NCBI GenBank assembly: GCA_000503835.1
Contig: CP006914.1
Location: 303,341 to 367,340 of the forward strand
Length of the DNA stretch: 64,000 nt
Source of the DNA: a candidate division WWE3 bacterium RAAC2_WWE3_1
GTDB lineage: Bacteria; Patescibacteriota; WWE3; UBA101185; UBA10185
Direction of reading: 5' to 3'
Shown here: one piece after another, positions 45,262 through 55,098 of the stretch
Layout of the letters: every line of letters starts with the position of its first letter
Numbering within the stretch: position 1 is the first letter of the stretch
Translations under genes and position numbers: made by a program
Notes under the pieces: model-generated
Seen by the model: the letters and a program-made list of their open reading frames with translations, nothing else
Database searches by the model: none
What the model was told of the DNA's origin: nothing

Positions 45262-46437
45262 ATGGAATTTCCGAAAGATTTTATATGGGGCACAGCAATG
45301 TCCGCTCATCAAACCGAAGGTAACAACACAAACAGTGACTGGTGGAAATGGGAAGTAGAAAAAGACGGAAGAAGAGATCTACCCCTGGAGGCTTCGGGAC
45401 CGGCCTGCGATTCATACAACAGATACGCCGAAGATTTTGAGCTGTGCAAACAATTAAACTCCAACGCGGTACGACTAAGCATTGAGTGGGCGCGGATAGA
45501 ACCCAGAAAGGGCATGTACGACAATAAAGCACTGGAACACTATAAAAAGGTATTAAAGACCGCGAAAGAAAAGGGTTTAAAAACTTTTGTAACTTTCCAT
45601 CACTTTACAAATCCTATCTGGTTATCCGAAATGGGCGGTTGGCTTAACTTTAAGACGCCCGAATTATTTTCCGATTTCGCGGAAAAGAGCGCCGAATACC
45701 TCGGGGAATTCTGCGACGCAATTATTACCATTAACGAACCTCAGGTGTATGCCTCAATGTCTTACATTGTCGGAACGTGGCCTCCGAATAAAAAAAGTTT
45801 ACTTATGTCAGGAATAGTTCAAATAAATATGATGCGTGCTCACAACAGAGCTTACAAAAAAATAAAAGAGGTATATAAAAAACCCGTCGGCATAGTTAAA
45901 AATATTTCCTGGTGTGAGTATTCGTCTTACACGGTGTTCGACAAACTATTAGCGAAAATATTGTTCTTTTTCAACAGCGATTTCTTTTTAAAACCGGTCT
46001 CAAAGAATTCGGATTTTATAGGACTCAATTATTATTTTACCAACAGGGTCGTAAAACTCAGAATCCGCAATCCCGATAATCCCGTGAACGATCTGGGTTG
46101 GTGGATAAATTACGACGGTCTTTATAAAGTCTTGATGAGTCTGAAAAAATACAACCTTCCCATTTATATAACTGAGAACGGATTGGCGGACAGCCACGAC
46201 AGGCAAAGAACTGATTTTATCAAAAAAATGCTGACTCAGGTGCACACCGCACTTTCCCGCGGCGTAAAAATTAAAGGTTACTTTTACTGGTCTCTGCTGG
46301 ACAATTATGAATGGCACCATGGTTTTTGGCCCAGATTCGGACTGGTTGAGATAGACCGCACAAATGGACTGAAACGTATGCCCAGAAAATCCTTTTATGA
46401 TTACGCCGAAATATGTAAGAATGGAATAGTGAAGTAA
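45262..46437 (+). CDS. Glycoside hydrolase family 1
   Basis: FIWGTA.SAHQ.EG, INEP, ITENG, DNYEW. Confidence 0.93.
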   Translation: MEFPKDFIWGTAMSAHQTEGNNTNSDWWKWEVEKDGRRDLPLEASGPACDSYNRYAEDFELCKQLNSNAVRLSIEWARIEPRKGMYDNKALEHYKKVLKTAKEKGLKTFVTFHHFTNPIWLSEMGGWLNFKTPELFSDFAEKSAEYLGEFCDAIITINEPQVYASMSYIVGTWPPNKKSLLMSGIVQINMMRAHNRAYKKIKEVYKKPVGIVKNISWCEYSSYTVFDKLLAKILFFFNSDFFLKPVSKNSDFIGLNYYFTNRVVKLRIRNPDNPVNDLGWWINYDGLYKVLMSLKKYNLPIYITENGLADSHDRQRTDFIKKMLTQVHTALSRGVKIKGYFYWSLLDNYEWHHGFWPRFGLVEIDRTNGLKRMPRKSFYDYAEICKNGIVK

Positions 46438-46441
46438 GAAT

Positions 46442-47524
46442 ATGTTCCGCAGACAAACTGCCCTTCAAAAACAGGCGTCAAAAGCTTGGGAATACATAAG
46501 AAAACTTTTCGGATTAACTTTAACCCGCATCGTTCTGGTAATACTTATAGTATTGATAGCGTTTCCATTCGTACTTTTTTATTTTCTTAAACCGGAGTCG
46601 GAAAACGACAATCGATATGGTGTTACTTTTTCAAACAAATACGCGTCTCAAATAGGACTTGACTGGAAGGACGCCTATATAAAAGTACTTGATGACCTGG
46701 GCGCCAGAAACTTAAGATTAGTTGCTTACTGGGACGACATAGAAGTCACGCCTCAAAACTATAATTATAAAGATATAAAATGGCAGTTGGAACAGGCCGA
46801 AAAAAGAAATGCCAATGTGATTCTGGCGGTCGGCAGAAAAGTTCCGAGGTACCCGGAGTGCTTTGAACCAAGCTGGTGGAGAGGAATGAGCAGTGAAGAT
46901 GAAAGAAACAAAGAACTTTTTGAGTACGTGATCAGAACGGTCATGGAACTTCAAAGCTATAATTCCGTGAAAATGTGGCAGGTCGAAAACGAGCCTTTTT
47001 TTCCCTTCGGAGAATGTCTCCCCGTGAAAAAAGCTACCGTGGAGCAGGAAGTACAGTTGGTGCGTGCGCTCGACGAAAGACCCATCCTCATCCAGGATAG
47101 CGGTGAGGGCGGTTTTTGGTTTCCCAGCTACCAGATGGCCGATTACCTTGGAATATCAATGTACAGAAAAATCTGGTACGATTTTTGGGGCACTCTGACA
47201 AAAAGCGCCTTCTATTTTCAGTACCCCCTGTCCCATTGGTCGTACGGAGTTCGCGCCCGAATGACGGGTGTCCCAATTGAAAGGATAATTGTCACCGAGC
47301 TTCAGGCTGAACCCTGGGGACCGGCAATAAATTCCAAACTTTCCAATGAAGAAAAAAATCAGACCATGTCCGTCACCGACTTTTTATCCACTATTACGTA
47401 TGCCCAGAAAAGCGGTTTTCGCGATCTTTACTTTTGGGGAGCAGAGTGGTGGCTTTGGGAAAAAGAACAGAACGCGACACCTACTTACTGGGATATGGCA
47501 AAAGCCCTTTTTAGACAAAAATAG
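46442..47524 (+). CDS. Membrane-anchored clan GH-A glycoside hydrolase
   Basis: WQVENEP acid/base, TELQAEPW nucleophile, WG.EWW. Confidence 0.78.
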   Translation: MFRRQTALQKQASKAWEYIRKLFGLTLTRIVLVILIVLIAFPFVLFYFLKPESENDNRYGVTFSNKYASQIGLDWKDAYIKVLDDLGARNLRLVAYWDDIEVTPQNYNYKDIKWQLEQAEKRNANVILAVGRKVPRYPECFEPSWWRGMSSEDERNKELFEYVIRTVMELQSYNSVKMWQVENEPFFPFGECLPVKKATVEQEVQLVRALDERPILIQDSGEGGFWFPSYQMADYLGISMYRKIWYDFWGTLTKSAFYFQYPLSHWSYGVRARMTGVPIERIIVTELQAEPWGPAINSKLSNEEKNQTMSVTDFLSTITYAQKSGFRDLYFWGAEWWLWEKEQNATPTYWDMAKALFRQK

Positions 47525-47528
47525 TAGG

Positions 47529-48344
47529 TTACACGGAGGTCAAAATCTGCTTTGTGAGTACGAATCCTCCGTAAACACCGGCGTCATCCAATGTTAACGA
47601 TCTCGCTATAGATACGGGAGCTTTAAGAAATTCGGAGAAAAGCTCGTATTCGAGCGCCATACTTCCTCCGATAATAAAAATGTCGCACTTCCATGTCATG
47701 TGTATTTTACTTAGTCCGAGGTTTATATATTCGGCATATTTTGACCATACGGTTTTATCTGAGCAGTTCTGGGGTTTTATGTTGAATAGAGCCTCGAAGG
47801 AATGACCTGACGTATATGCTTCGAAACAACCGGCATGTTTGCACCCCGGCGATACGCGTCCCCCTTCTACTATTATTGTGTGCCCCGGCTCATCGCTTAT
47901 ATATTGGAACGATCCCGAACCGTTTTTTATTACCAAGGCGCCGCCTGTACCGGTACCGAACGTCAGATATCCTACACGCTGAAAACCCTTACCTGCGCCC
48001 AAAACAGCTTCCCCGATAGCACCCAAAGTAGCATCATTCTCAACAAAAGAGTTAGTTAAGAACCTCTCATCCAGCAGAACGGAGAATGGTTTTCCATTCG
48101 CATCCTTGTAGTTGGGGAGAGTAACAAAACTTCCCGTCTGCCTGTCAACGATACCGGGAACGCCAAAACAAACGAAAGCCGGTTCCTTTTCCGCTGTAAG
48201 CTCTTTAATTCCGGAGGATATTATTTGCTTTTGAGTAACAGGGTTTTTGTTGGTGTAAAACCTTTTTACTTTCAAAAGGGTACTCAGATCTTCGGAAGAG
48301 GCTATTCGGGTTTTTGTGCCACCCATGTCTACAGATATATACAT
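47529..48344 (-). CDS. ROK family sugar kinase
   Basis: DMGGT, GVPG, ENDA, GTGTGG, EPGH, GCFE. Confidence 0.9.
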   Translation of the reverse strand: MYISVDMGGTKTRIASSEDLSTLLKVKRFYTNKNPVTQKQIISSGIKELTAEKEPAFVCFGVPGIVDRQTGSFVTLPNYKDANGKPFSVLLDERFLTNSFVENDATLGAIGEAVLGAGKGFQRVGYLTFGTGTGGALVIKNGSGSFQYISDEPGHTIIVEGGRVSPGCKHAGCFEAYTSGHSFEALFNIKPQNCSDKTVWSKYAEYINLGLSKIHMTWKCDIFIIGGSMALEYELFSEFLKAPVSIARSLTLDDAGVYGGFVLTKQILTSV

Positions 48345-48869
48345 TTACTTATACCAGTCTTGAGGGTCTACGTTAGCCGTGACCTCACCCTGCCTGACTG
48401 TGACCTTAACAGGCTCGTGATTGGAACACGAAACATCCATTCCGCACGTAACAAACTCAGAATAGTAAGCTTTGTAGATCTGACCGGTCGCATCGGGTTG
48501 ATTGGGCACGTAGGCGTAAACATAATACTCACCCGCAGGCAGAGTCAGTCTATAACCCACTCCGTATGTAAAAGCTTTATCTTTTAGATGGTTATTACTG
48601 CAGTGAGCTCCCTGTCCCTGAACCTCGACCGCGCATACTTCCATATTTTCAGGTATAAATTCGCTGGGGTAACCCAAAGAACCGGTTATTACACCGTCGC
48701 CCCTCTCTTTTTCTATCTCTGTTATTTCCAGGGAGGTTTGTTCCTGAGGTGCTTTTTTAAATTTCACATCTTTCAGCAAAAATATAATTGCGCTCAGAAA
48801 TACCGCTATAACAACAAATACTACGAATATGCCGGTTAAAGGAAGTTTTTTTGCAGGCATATTTTCCAT
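48345..48869 (-). CDS. Membrane-anchored hypothetical protein
   Basis: One TM; GSLGYPSE; TATAAT-6 nt-ATG. Confidence 0.75.
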   Translation of the reverse strand: MENMPAKKLPLTGIFVVFVVIAVFLSAIIFLLKDVKFKKAPQEQTSLEITEIEKERGDGVITGSLGYPSEFIPENMEVCAVEVQGQGAHCSNNHLKDKAFTYGVGYRLTLPAGEYYVYAYVPNQPDATGQIYKAYYSEFVTCGMDVSCSNHEPVKVTVRQGEVTANVDPQDWYK

Positions 48870-48876
48870 GATTTTA

Positions 48877-50217
48877 TTATACTAGCAAAGATACCCTAGA
48901 CCAAAAAAGGGCGACTCCGTCGGATCTTGTTTCGGAATCCCGGTTGGCAGCTTTTTTAGAATAATTACGAATGATGCTTTCAAACACCCTGTTGTTCATA
49001 CACCACCATATAAAATTAGCCGCGCGTTGGGAGCCGAACGGAAGCTGAACACATCTTATAGGCCTATCCCCCGGAATTAACCTGTCTTTCAGAGCCCCGC
49101 TCAAAGTTTTCCCTGCATCCGCATAGTCCCAAAGCTGTTGTGTAATTTTTTGATTGAATATCAAACCGTGTCTCTGTAAAAAATCCAAATTGTCCCTTTC
49201 CTGTCTGCCCACCGGATTAGAAAACAAAAGAAGTGAGCCTCCGGTCATGTCGAAATCGTATAGTGCCTTAAATGATTGTTCACTCGGTTTTGTGACTTCA
49301 AATGAAATAACATTTTCTTCATAAATCTTTTCATACACGTCCACTATTTCCCGGTCGTGTTTCGAGGTGTGCAGTTCCACGTTGGGGAAAGACCTTACAT
49401 TCTGCGAAAATTGACGGGTGAACGGCGCCTCTTTACAAATAACGTGGAACCGAAAGTTAGAATATTTTGACTGAAGCTGGGGGATTAGATGGTGCAGAAA
49501 ATCCATTCCTACTGCGGCTCCCGGAACGGGCAGGCAAAAATCAATAACTTCGCGCGCATCAGCCGACATCTGCGTTTCCCGCCTCTCAAAGTCTTTACTA
49601 TTTAGTTTTTTACTTAGAGACGGGTTTATCGGATAGGGTAGCACTTCTATTTTCACTTTTTCTAAATTACTTTTTAATGCATACTCCTTTAACTCGAGCA
49701 TTGTTTTTCTGCTGGGCACAAATATCGTGTCGGCCCCGGGTACGTACCAAATATATTGGGGCGTGTCATCGGTAACCTGAACTACCAGTATTATTTTCGC
49801 GCCGGTCTTTTCTTCAATTTCTCTTTTTACTGCAGCTATCTTATGAGCTAATCCAAAATGTGTAGCGACAATTACCAGTGTTTTCGGAACATCTATCTGC
49901 TGCTCAAATATTTCTTCTATCTTCCTTCTCATTTCGTCGGAACCGGATCTTAAATACTTCCTGTAGAAAAAGGTGAATATTTTTTGAGGTCGTCCGCGTT
50001 GAAACCACTCCATCAGCCAACGTGTGACAACGTGAATACTTATAAATTTATGGATTGCTTCTATTCCTTTATCCGAAGAGCCTAAAAGTACCGTCTTTAC
50101 ACCTTTGGGGAGTCCTGCGGACAGTGAGTTGGTAACACGCAGGTGTCCCAATCCTGCAGGCGCGTACGTAAAAACCACTAAAGTTCCGGGATCGGTTAAA
50201 AAGTGTCTTGGGCTCAC
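48877..50217 (-). CDS. Hypothetical protein, possible GT-B glycosyltransferase (MGDG synthase-like)
   Basis: AGLGH, IVATH, VTD, TKP.E, P.G.QE..N. Confidence 0.55.
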   Translation of the reverse strand: MSPRHFLTDPGTLVVFTYAPAGLGHLRVTNSLSAGLPKGVKTVLLGSSDKGIEAIHKFISIHVVTRWLMEWFQRGRPQKIFTFFYRKYLRSGSDEMRRKIEEIFEQQIDVPKTLVIVATHFGLAHKIAAVKREIEEKTGAKIILVVQVTDDTPQYIWYVPGADTIFVPSRKTMLELKEYALKSNLEKVKIEVLPYPINPSLSKKLNSKDFERRETQMSADAREVIDFCLPVPGAAVGMDFLHHLIPQLQSKYSNFRFHVICKEAPFTRQFSQNVRSFPNVELHTSKHDREIVDVYEKIYEENVISFEVTKPSEQSFKALYDFDMTGGSLLLFSNPVGRQERDNLDFLQRHGLIFNQKITQQLWDYADAGKTLSGALKDRLIPGDRPIRCVQLPFGSQRAANFIWWCMNNRVFESIIRNYSKKAANRDSETRSDGVALFWSRVSLLV

Positions 50218-50262
50218 ACTTAAAGTTTATTCGATTTTTAATATATTTTGTATACTTAGTTT

Positions 50263-50517
50263 ATGAAAAAGTATTGGTTCCGACCCAGAAGGCTCGGTTA
50301 CGGTTTTGCACCTATTTCGTGGGAAGGGTGGCTGGCTACCCTTGTTTTAATTATTTTGTTATTATTGTCGGCATATACAAACGGTATATGGGAAGAAGGT
50401 GTCTCATCGAAAGGCGGGATTAGATTTCTTCTGGACGTAGTAATTTTTACTTGTCTTTTTACTGCTCTGTATAAAGATAAGGTTGACGGCAGTTTGAGGT
50501 GGAGATTCTGGAAGTAA
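50263..50517 (+). CDS. Small membrane protein
   Basis: WFRPRRLGYGFAPISWEGW; 2 TM. Confidence 0.75.
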   Translation: MKKYWFRPRRLGYGFAPISWEGWLATLVLIILLLLSAYTNGIWEEGVSSKGGIRFLLDVVIFTCLFTALYKDKVDGSLRWRFWK

Positions 50518-50547
50518 TCATCCGAACATCTCCCGAACTTTTAGGGT

Positions 50548-51258
50548 ATGAACAATAAAGCAGTATATATAGCATTACTTGTGCCTATTCTTCTTTTAGT
50601 GGGACTGGCGGTTTTCGGTTCCAAAATTCCCGAAGGACAGGTAAAAGAAGAGAAAAAGACAGAGAATGTTTTACAAAAGTTGGACACGGCGGAATCAAGC
50701 CCGTCGGGAAAAGAAAATTATCAAATTAATCCTACGGGAAACATTCAGAAGGAGCCGCCGAAAATGATTATAGATTCAACCAAAAAATATTCCGCAGTAA
50801 TGGCAACTACGGAGGGTGTTATTAAAATTGATCTTTACGCAGATAAGACCCCGATAACTGTAAATAATTTCGTCAGTCTTTCAAAAGACAGCTTCTATAA
50901 CAATGTGATATTTCACAGGGTTTTGAAAGGATTTATGATTCAGGGAGGAGACCCTGAAGGTACGGGATCGGGCGGCCCCGGCTATAGTTTCGCTGACGAA
51001 CCATTTGATGGAGAGTACACAAGAGGCACAATTGCGATGGCCAACGCCGGACCCAATACTAACGGAAGCCAGTTCTTCATAATGCATAAAGATTACCCGT
51101 TGCAAAAAAATTACGTTATTTTCGGTAAAGTAAGCGAAGGTCTGGAGGTGGTCGATAAAATAGCCGAAGCCGACGTTACGGTAAGTTCAAGCGGAGAGGC
51201 TTCAAAACCCGTGAAACCTGTTAAGATATTAAGTATAGAGATAATTGAATCGAACTAG
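50548..51258 (+). CDS. Cyclophilin-type peptidyl-prolyl isomerase, membrane anchored
   Basis: FHRV..GFMIQGGD, AMANAGPNTNGSQFFI. Confidence 0.95.
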   Translation: MNNKAVYIALLVPILLLVGLAVFGSKIPEGQVKEEKKTENVLQKLDTAESSPSGKENYQINPTGNIQKEPPKMIIDSTKKYSAVMATTEGVIKIDLYADKTPITVNNFVSLSKDSFYNNVIFHRVLKGFMIQGGDPEGTGSGGPGYSFADEPFDGEYTRGTIAMANAGPNTNGSQFFIMHKDYPLQKNYVIFGKVSEGLEVVDKIAEADVTVSSSGEASKPVKPVKILSIEIIESN

Positions 51259-51270
51259 GGAGGTGATATT

Positions 51271-51648
51271 GTGGACGAAAATCAAGTCATAGAACCGACA
51301 AATAACGGTGCTCAGCCGGAAAATACAACTGCGCCGGAAGGTACGCCGGCCGATAACTCAAAAATAATGGCTATAGTGGCCTATTTTATATTTTTCCTTC
51401 CTCTCCTTACCGAATATAAAGACAACGACTTTGTTAAATATCATGTTAAGCAATCGATTATGATCCTGTTAGTGGGAGTAGGAATAGGAGTGATATCATC
51501 TATACCCTTCATAGGGTGGATAGTAGGAATGCTGGCATGGATGGCTCTCGTGGTCCTGTGGGTCATGGGAATACTTAACGCTGCTTCCGAAAAGAAACAA
51601 CCCCTGCCTTTAATAGGCAAGTATGCGGAAGAGCTTCTAAAGTTTTAA
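51271..51648 (+). CDS. DUF4870-like membrane protein
   Basis: FVKYHVKQS, IPFIGW, LPLIG; GGAGGTG RBS. Confidence 0.82.
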   Translation: MDENQVIEPTNNGAQPENTTAPEGTPADNSKIMAIVAYFIFFLPLLTEYKDNDFVKYHVKQSIMILLVGVGIGVISSIPFIGWIVGMLAWMALVVLWVMGILNAASEKKQPLPLIGKYAEELLKF

Positions 51649-53358
51649 ATGCTGGTATAAGGCTCCCTGTGTGAAGCCGATAGCCTCGTAGTATCCGCGC
51701 GTTCCTATTGAGGAAATTACTGAAAGCCTCTTAAAACCTGCCCCGCGGGATATATCTGAGGCTTTCTTTATTAATTCTTTTCCCAAACCTACGTGCTGGG
51801 CCCTGCCTTCTTCTCCCGTGCCTACCACAACACTCCCTCCGTAAACATGTATTTCCCTTATCACTGCAGAACCCGATATCTCCTCTACCTTCGTAGGTCT
51901 TTCGGGCAAAGAAAGTCTGAGAAAAGCGGCAAGCTCATCATCCTTCGTCACGAATTCCAGGAAATATTCCTTAGTACCGGCAGTCAGATAAGTCGTTTCT
52001 TTATAAATCAGATCTTCCCTGTCGATCTTTTTGTCTCTAATCTCCCTGGAACGTATCTCCTTTAATTTTGTCCTGTTCTTCTCGAGTTCGGCCTCAGCTA
52101 TTTGCCTGAAATTGGTTTTTTTGTTTCCGGCTACAATGTCCAACCCCGAAATATCGCGCACAACACGGGTAACGCGGCAATATCGGGGAACCGTCGGAAG
52201 AATGGTCTTAAAAATGTGCAAAAGTTCGTTCTCCGTGTAAGGTTTCCAACTGCCTGTTCCGTAGTGCTCCATAAGTTCAGTGCCCTCTACCAAAGAGCAA
52301 GGGTAGATCTTCAGCTCGTCAGGTCTGAATTTTCTATCACCGAATAATTTTGTGAAATCCCTTATGTCAGACGCCGGATCGGAACCGTACAAGTTAGGCA
52401 TCCAATGCGCGTGTATCTTGAAACCGGCTTCTCTTAATAACGAAAAGGCTTCTGCGGTTCTTGCCGCGGTATGTCCTCTCTTGTTTAGCTTCAGCACCCT
52501 GTCGTTCAGACTCTGAACACCTATCTGTACTTTTGTGGCACCCAGACGCCTCATTCTCACTATCTCGTCTTTTGTTATCTCGTCGGGCCGTGTCTCGATC
52601 ACTAATCCAGTACATTTACATAAGGCGGCAACGTTCTTTGCGTGGGAGGCGAACAGTTCTTCCCACGTGGAATCTTCACCGGCCAATTTTTTGTCATTCC
52701 TGGCCAGACCTACAACAGCATTGTACGTCCCGGTTAGGTTCACAAGCTTCTTCTCGTCATACGGAAGCTCGGTCTTAACAGTTAAGTAGGAAGAACCGGT
52801 TCCGGGCTTGAAGTTGTTCAACGCGTCAAAACATCTTTTGATAAACCACAGCTGATAAGCCTCGGGGTAAGAGGTCCATGTCCCTCCCAAAACAATTAGC
52901 TCTATTTTGCTGACCGGATGCCCTGTTTTTTCGTACGCAACAAGTCTGTTATACGTTTGGTAATACGGGTCAAATTTATTATCGTGTGCCCTCTGCGCTC
53001 CCGGCTCACTCGATAAATAACTTTTCGGCATACGTACATCACTCGGGCAAAAAATACATTTGCCGGGACACGGATACGGCTTAGTAAGAACAGTTATGGG
53101 TGTTACCCCGGACATTGTTCTTATCTTTTTCGTTTTTATATTGTCCAGGAACCGGTCCTCTTCTTTACCCGTCAGAACAAGCTTCCCGCTTCCTTTCAAT
53201 CTCTTATATTCTTCCAAAAGGGTCGTTTTAGAGTATGTATCGTCCAGACCGCGTGAATTACTAAACAGGACCTTTAGCACTTCCTTTTCATCAGCGGCTT
53301 TGGAAATATCCCTTATCATTGGTATCATCTTAGAGCTGTCGGTTTTATTTATTTGCAT
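51637..53358 (-). CDS. elp3: Elp3 tRNA uridine-34 acetyltransferase (radical SAM + KAT)
   Basis: RTMSGV, CPGKCIFCP, PKSY, GGT, ETRPD, LKIYP, RVVRDI, REIHVYG, QHVGLG; start could be 53319. Confidence 0.93.
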   Translation of the reverse strand: MQINKTDSSKMIPMIRDISKAADEKEVLKVLFSNSRGLDDTYSKTTLLEEYKRLKGSGKLVLTGKEEDRFLDNIKTKKIRTMSGVTPITVLTKPYPCPGKCIFCPSDVRMPKSYLSSEPGAQRAHDNKFDPYYQTYNRLVAYEKTGHPVSKIELIVLGGTWTSYPEAYQLWFIKRCFDALNNFKPGTGSSYLTVKTELPYDEKKLVNLTGTYNAVVGLARNDKKLAGEDSTWEELFASHAKNVAALCKCTGLVIETRPDEITKDEIVRMRRLGATKVQIGVQSLNDRVLKLNKRGHTAARTAEAFSLLREAGFKIHAHWMPNLYGSDPASDIRDFTKLFGDRKFRPDELKIYPCSLVEGTELMEHYGTGSWKPYTENELLHIFKTILPTVPRYCRVTRVVRDISGLDIVAGNKKTNFRQIAEAELEKNRTKLKEIRSREIRDKKIDREDLIYKETTYLTAGTKEYFLEFVTKDDELAAFLRLSLPERPTKVEEISGSAVIREIHVYGGSVVVGTGEEGRAQHVGLGKELIKKASDISRGAGFKRLSVISSIGTRGYYEAIGFTQGALYQHLKL

Positions 53359-53361
53359 ATT

Positions 53362-54045
53362 ATGAATCAGGCTCAAATTAATGAGATTTTAAAACTCAAC
53401 GAAGCTTTCTACGAAAAAGCCCCGTTTTCGAATACCCGCCGAAGTTACTGGAAAGGATGGGGTAGGGCGGTTGAAGTTATATCCTTCAACGATCATTCTA
53501 CCATTAACGTGCTAGATGTAGGCTGCGGTAACGGCAGGTTTCTCAGATTTCTGAAAGAACGTCTGCCCGCGTCGGGTATAAAGTATACCGGGCTTGATAA
53601 TAACGGGGGGATGCTGAAGGAAGCGCGGAGTAATTACCCCGACGGAGACTTCTTAACTGCCGACATTCTTGAAAAAATTCCGGAGGGGAAGTTCGACCTG
53701 TCCGTGTGTTTTGGCGTTACTCATCATATACCCGGGAGAGAACTCAGAGATAGGTTTTTCCACAACATTGCCGAAACGGTTAAACCCGAAGGATATCTTA
53801 TAATAACCTTCTGGAATTTCGATACAAAAAAAGCTGTGGAAAAACTGGACGGCGCTAACGATTTTCTGCTGGGCTGGGACAATACGCCGGACCTCAAAAG
53901 ATACTGCCACCTATACAGCGACGAAGAAATGACCGATATAAAAAAGGGGTTGGCGGGAAAGGGATTTAGTTTGATATCTTCGTTTACGGAAGATGCTTCC
54001 AACATTTACTTTGTTTTTCGAAAAGTTGATACAATAAGGTCATGA
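53362..54045 (+). CDS. SAM-dependent methyltransferase, Trm9/ALKBH8-like
   Basis: FSNTR..W, LDVGCGNGR, VTHHIP, ITFW, W...RYCHLYS.EE. Confidence 0.75.
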   Translation: MNQAQINEILKLNEAFYEKAPFSNTRRSYWKGWGRAVEVISFNDHSTINVLDVGCGNGRFLRFLKERLPASGIKYTGLDNNGGMLKEARSNYPDGDFLTADILEKIPEGKFDLSVCFGVTHHIPGRELRDRFFHNIAETVKPEGYLIITFWNFDTKKAVEKLDGANDFLLGWDNTPDLKRYCHLYSDEEMTDIKKGLAGKGFSLISSFTEDASNIYFVFRKVDTIRS

Positions 54046-54452
54046 AAGATTGCATATTTTGCAAGATTGCAAAACGTGAGATTCCTTCCGGGATAATCTA
54101 CGAAGACGAAACTCATATTTCATTTTTAGATATAAACCCCACGACCGAGGGAATGACGGTCGTCATAACAAAAAAACATCATGACAGCGATCTTTATTCC
54201 AACGACACTGCGGTTATTTGCGCGATAATGAGTGCGGCCAAAAATACCGCCGGACTTTTAAAGGAAAGGCTCGGGTGTGAAAGAGTTTTGACCGCGGTAG
54301 AAGGACTGGAAATAGACCACCTTCACGTGAAACTTTATCCCTACTACGGGAATAGGTCGGCCGCAGACACTCTTACAGAACATATAGGTCAAAAGCCCAC
54401 AAAAGAATATTTGAAAAACTTAGCAGATAGGATAGGATTTTTGAAAATTTAA
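54042..54452 (+). CDS. HIT family protein
   Basis: CIFCKI, FLDINP, HLHVK. Confidence 0.9.
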   Translation: MKDCIFCKIAKREIPSGIIYEDETHISFLDINPTTEGMTVVITKKHHDSDLYSNDTAVICAIMSAAKNTAGLLKERLGCERVLTAVEGLEIDHLHVKLYPYYGNRSAADTLTEHIGQKPTKEYLKNLADRIGFLKI

Positions 54453-54465
54453 CCGCCAAAATATC

Positions 54466-55098
54466 ATGACCAAACACGAACTTATAAATAAACTAAAATC
54501 CGCAGGAGTACTTAGATCTTTCACCATTGAGCAGGCCTTGTTGGAAATAGACAGATCGGACTTTGTTCTCCCCGAAGACCGCGGCGACCCCTACGCGGAC
54601 GCGGCATTATCAATAGGGTACGGTCAGACAATTTCACAGCCTTTCACCGTGGTATTCATGCTGGAACTGCTCGATGTTAATCAGGGACATAAAATTCTTG
54701 ATATCGGCACCGGCTCAGGATGGCAGGCTTCGCTCCTTGCCTTTATGTCCGGAGAAAACGGACACGTCTACACTGTAGAAATAATTCCCCGGCTAAGTGA
54801 TTATGCTAAAGAAAACGTGAGCAAGTATCCTTTGATAAGCGGCAATCTTTCTTTTTATCAGGGAAATGCCAGGGCAGGTCTTCCGGAGGTATCAAAAGAG
54901 ATAGGCGGGTTCGACAAGATAGTCGCAGCAGCCGAGGTCAGAGAGGTACCGGAAGCGTGGAAGGAACAACTAAAGATCGGGGGGATAATGGTTTTTCCTA
55001 AAGATAACGGATTATATAAAATGACCAGAAATTCAGAAACAGACTTCGACACATTATTCTTTCCGGGATTTGCGTTCGTGCCTTTCGTGGAAGATTAA
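54466..55098 (+). CDS. pcm: Protein-L-isoaspartate O-methyltransferase
   Basis: IGYGQTISQP, LDIGTGSGW, FVP. Confidence 0.93.
   Translation: MTKHELINKLKSAGVLRSFTIEQALLEIDRSDFVLPEDRGDPYADAALSIGYGQTISQPFTVVFMLELLDVNQGHKILDIGTGSGWQASLLAFMSGENGHVYTVEIIPRLSDYAKENVSKYPLISGNLSFYQGNARAGLPEVSKEIGGFDKIVAAAEVREVPEAWKEQLKIGGIMVFPKDNGLYKMTRNSETDFDTLFFPGFAFVPFVED

Noticed and set aside
54466-55098. pcm as a graspetide aspartimide-forming tailoring enzyme
   Set aside because: It lies about 48 kb from the RiPP locus, has standard length and sits in a housekeeping context.
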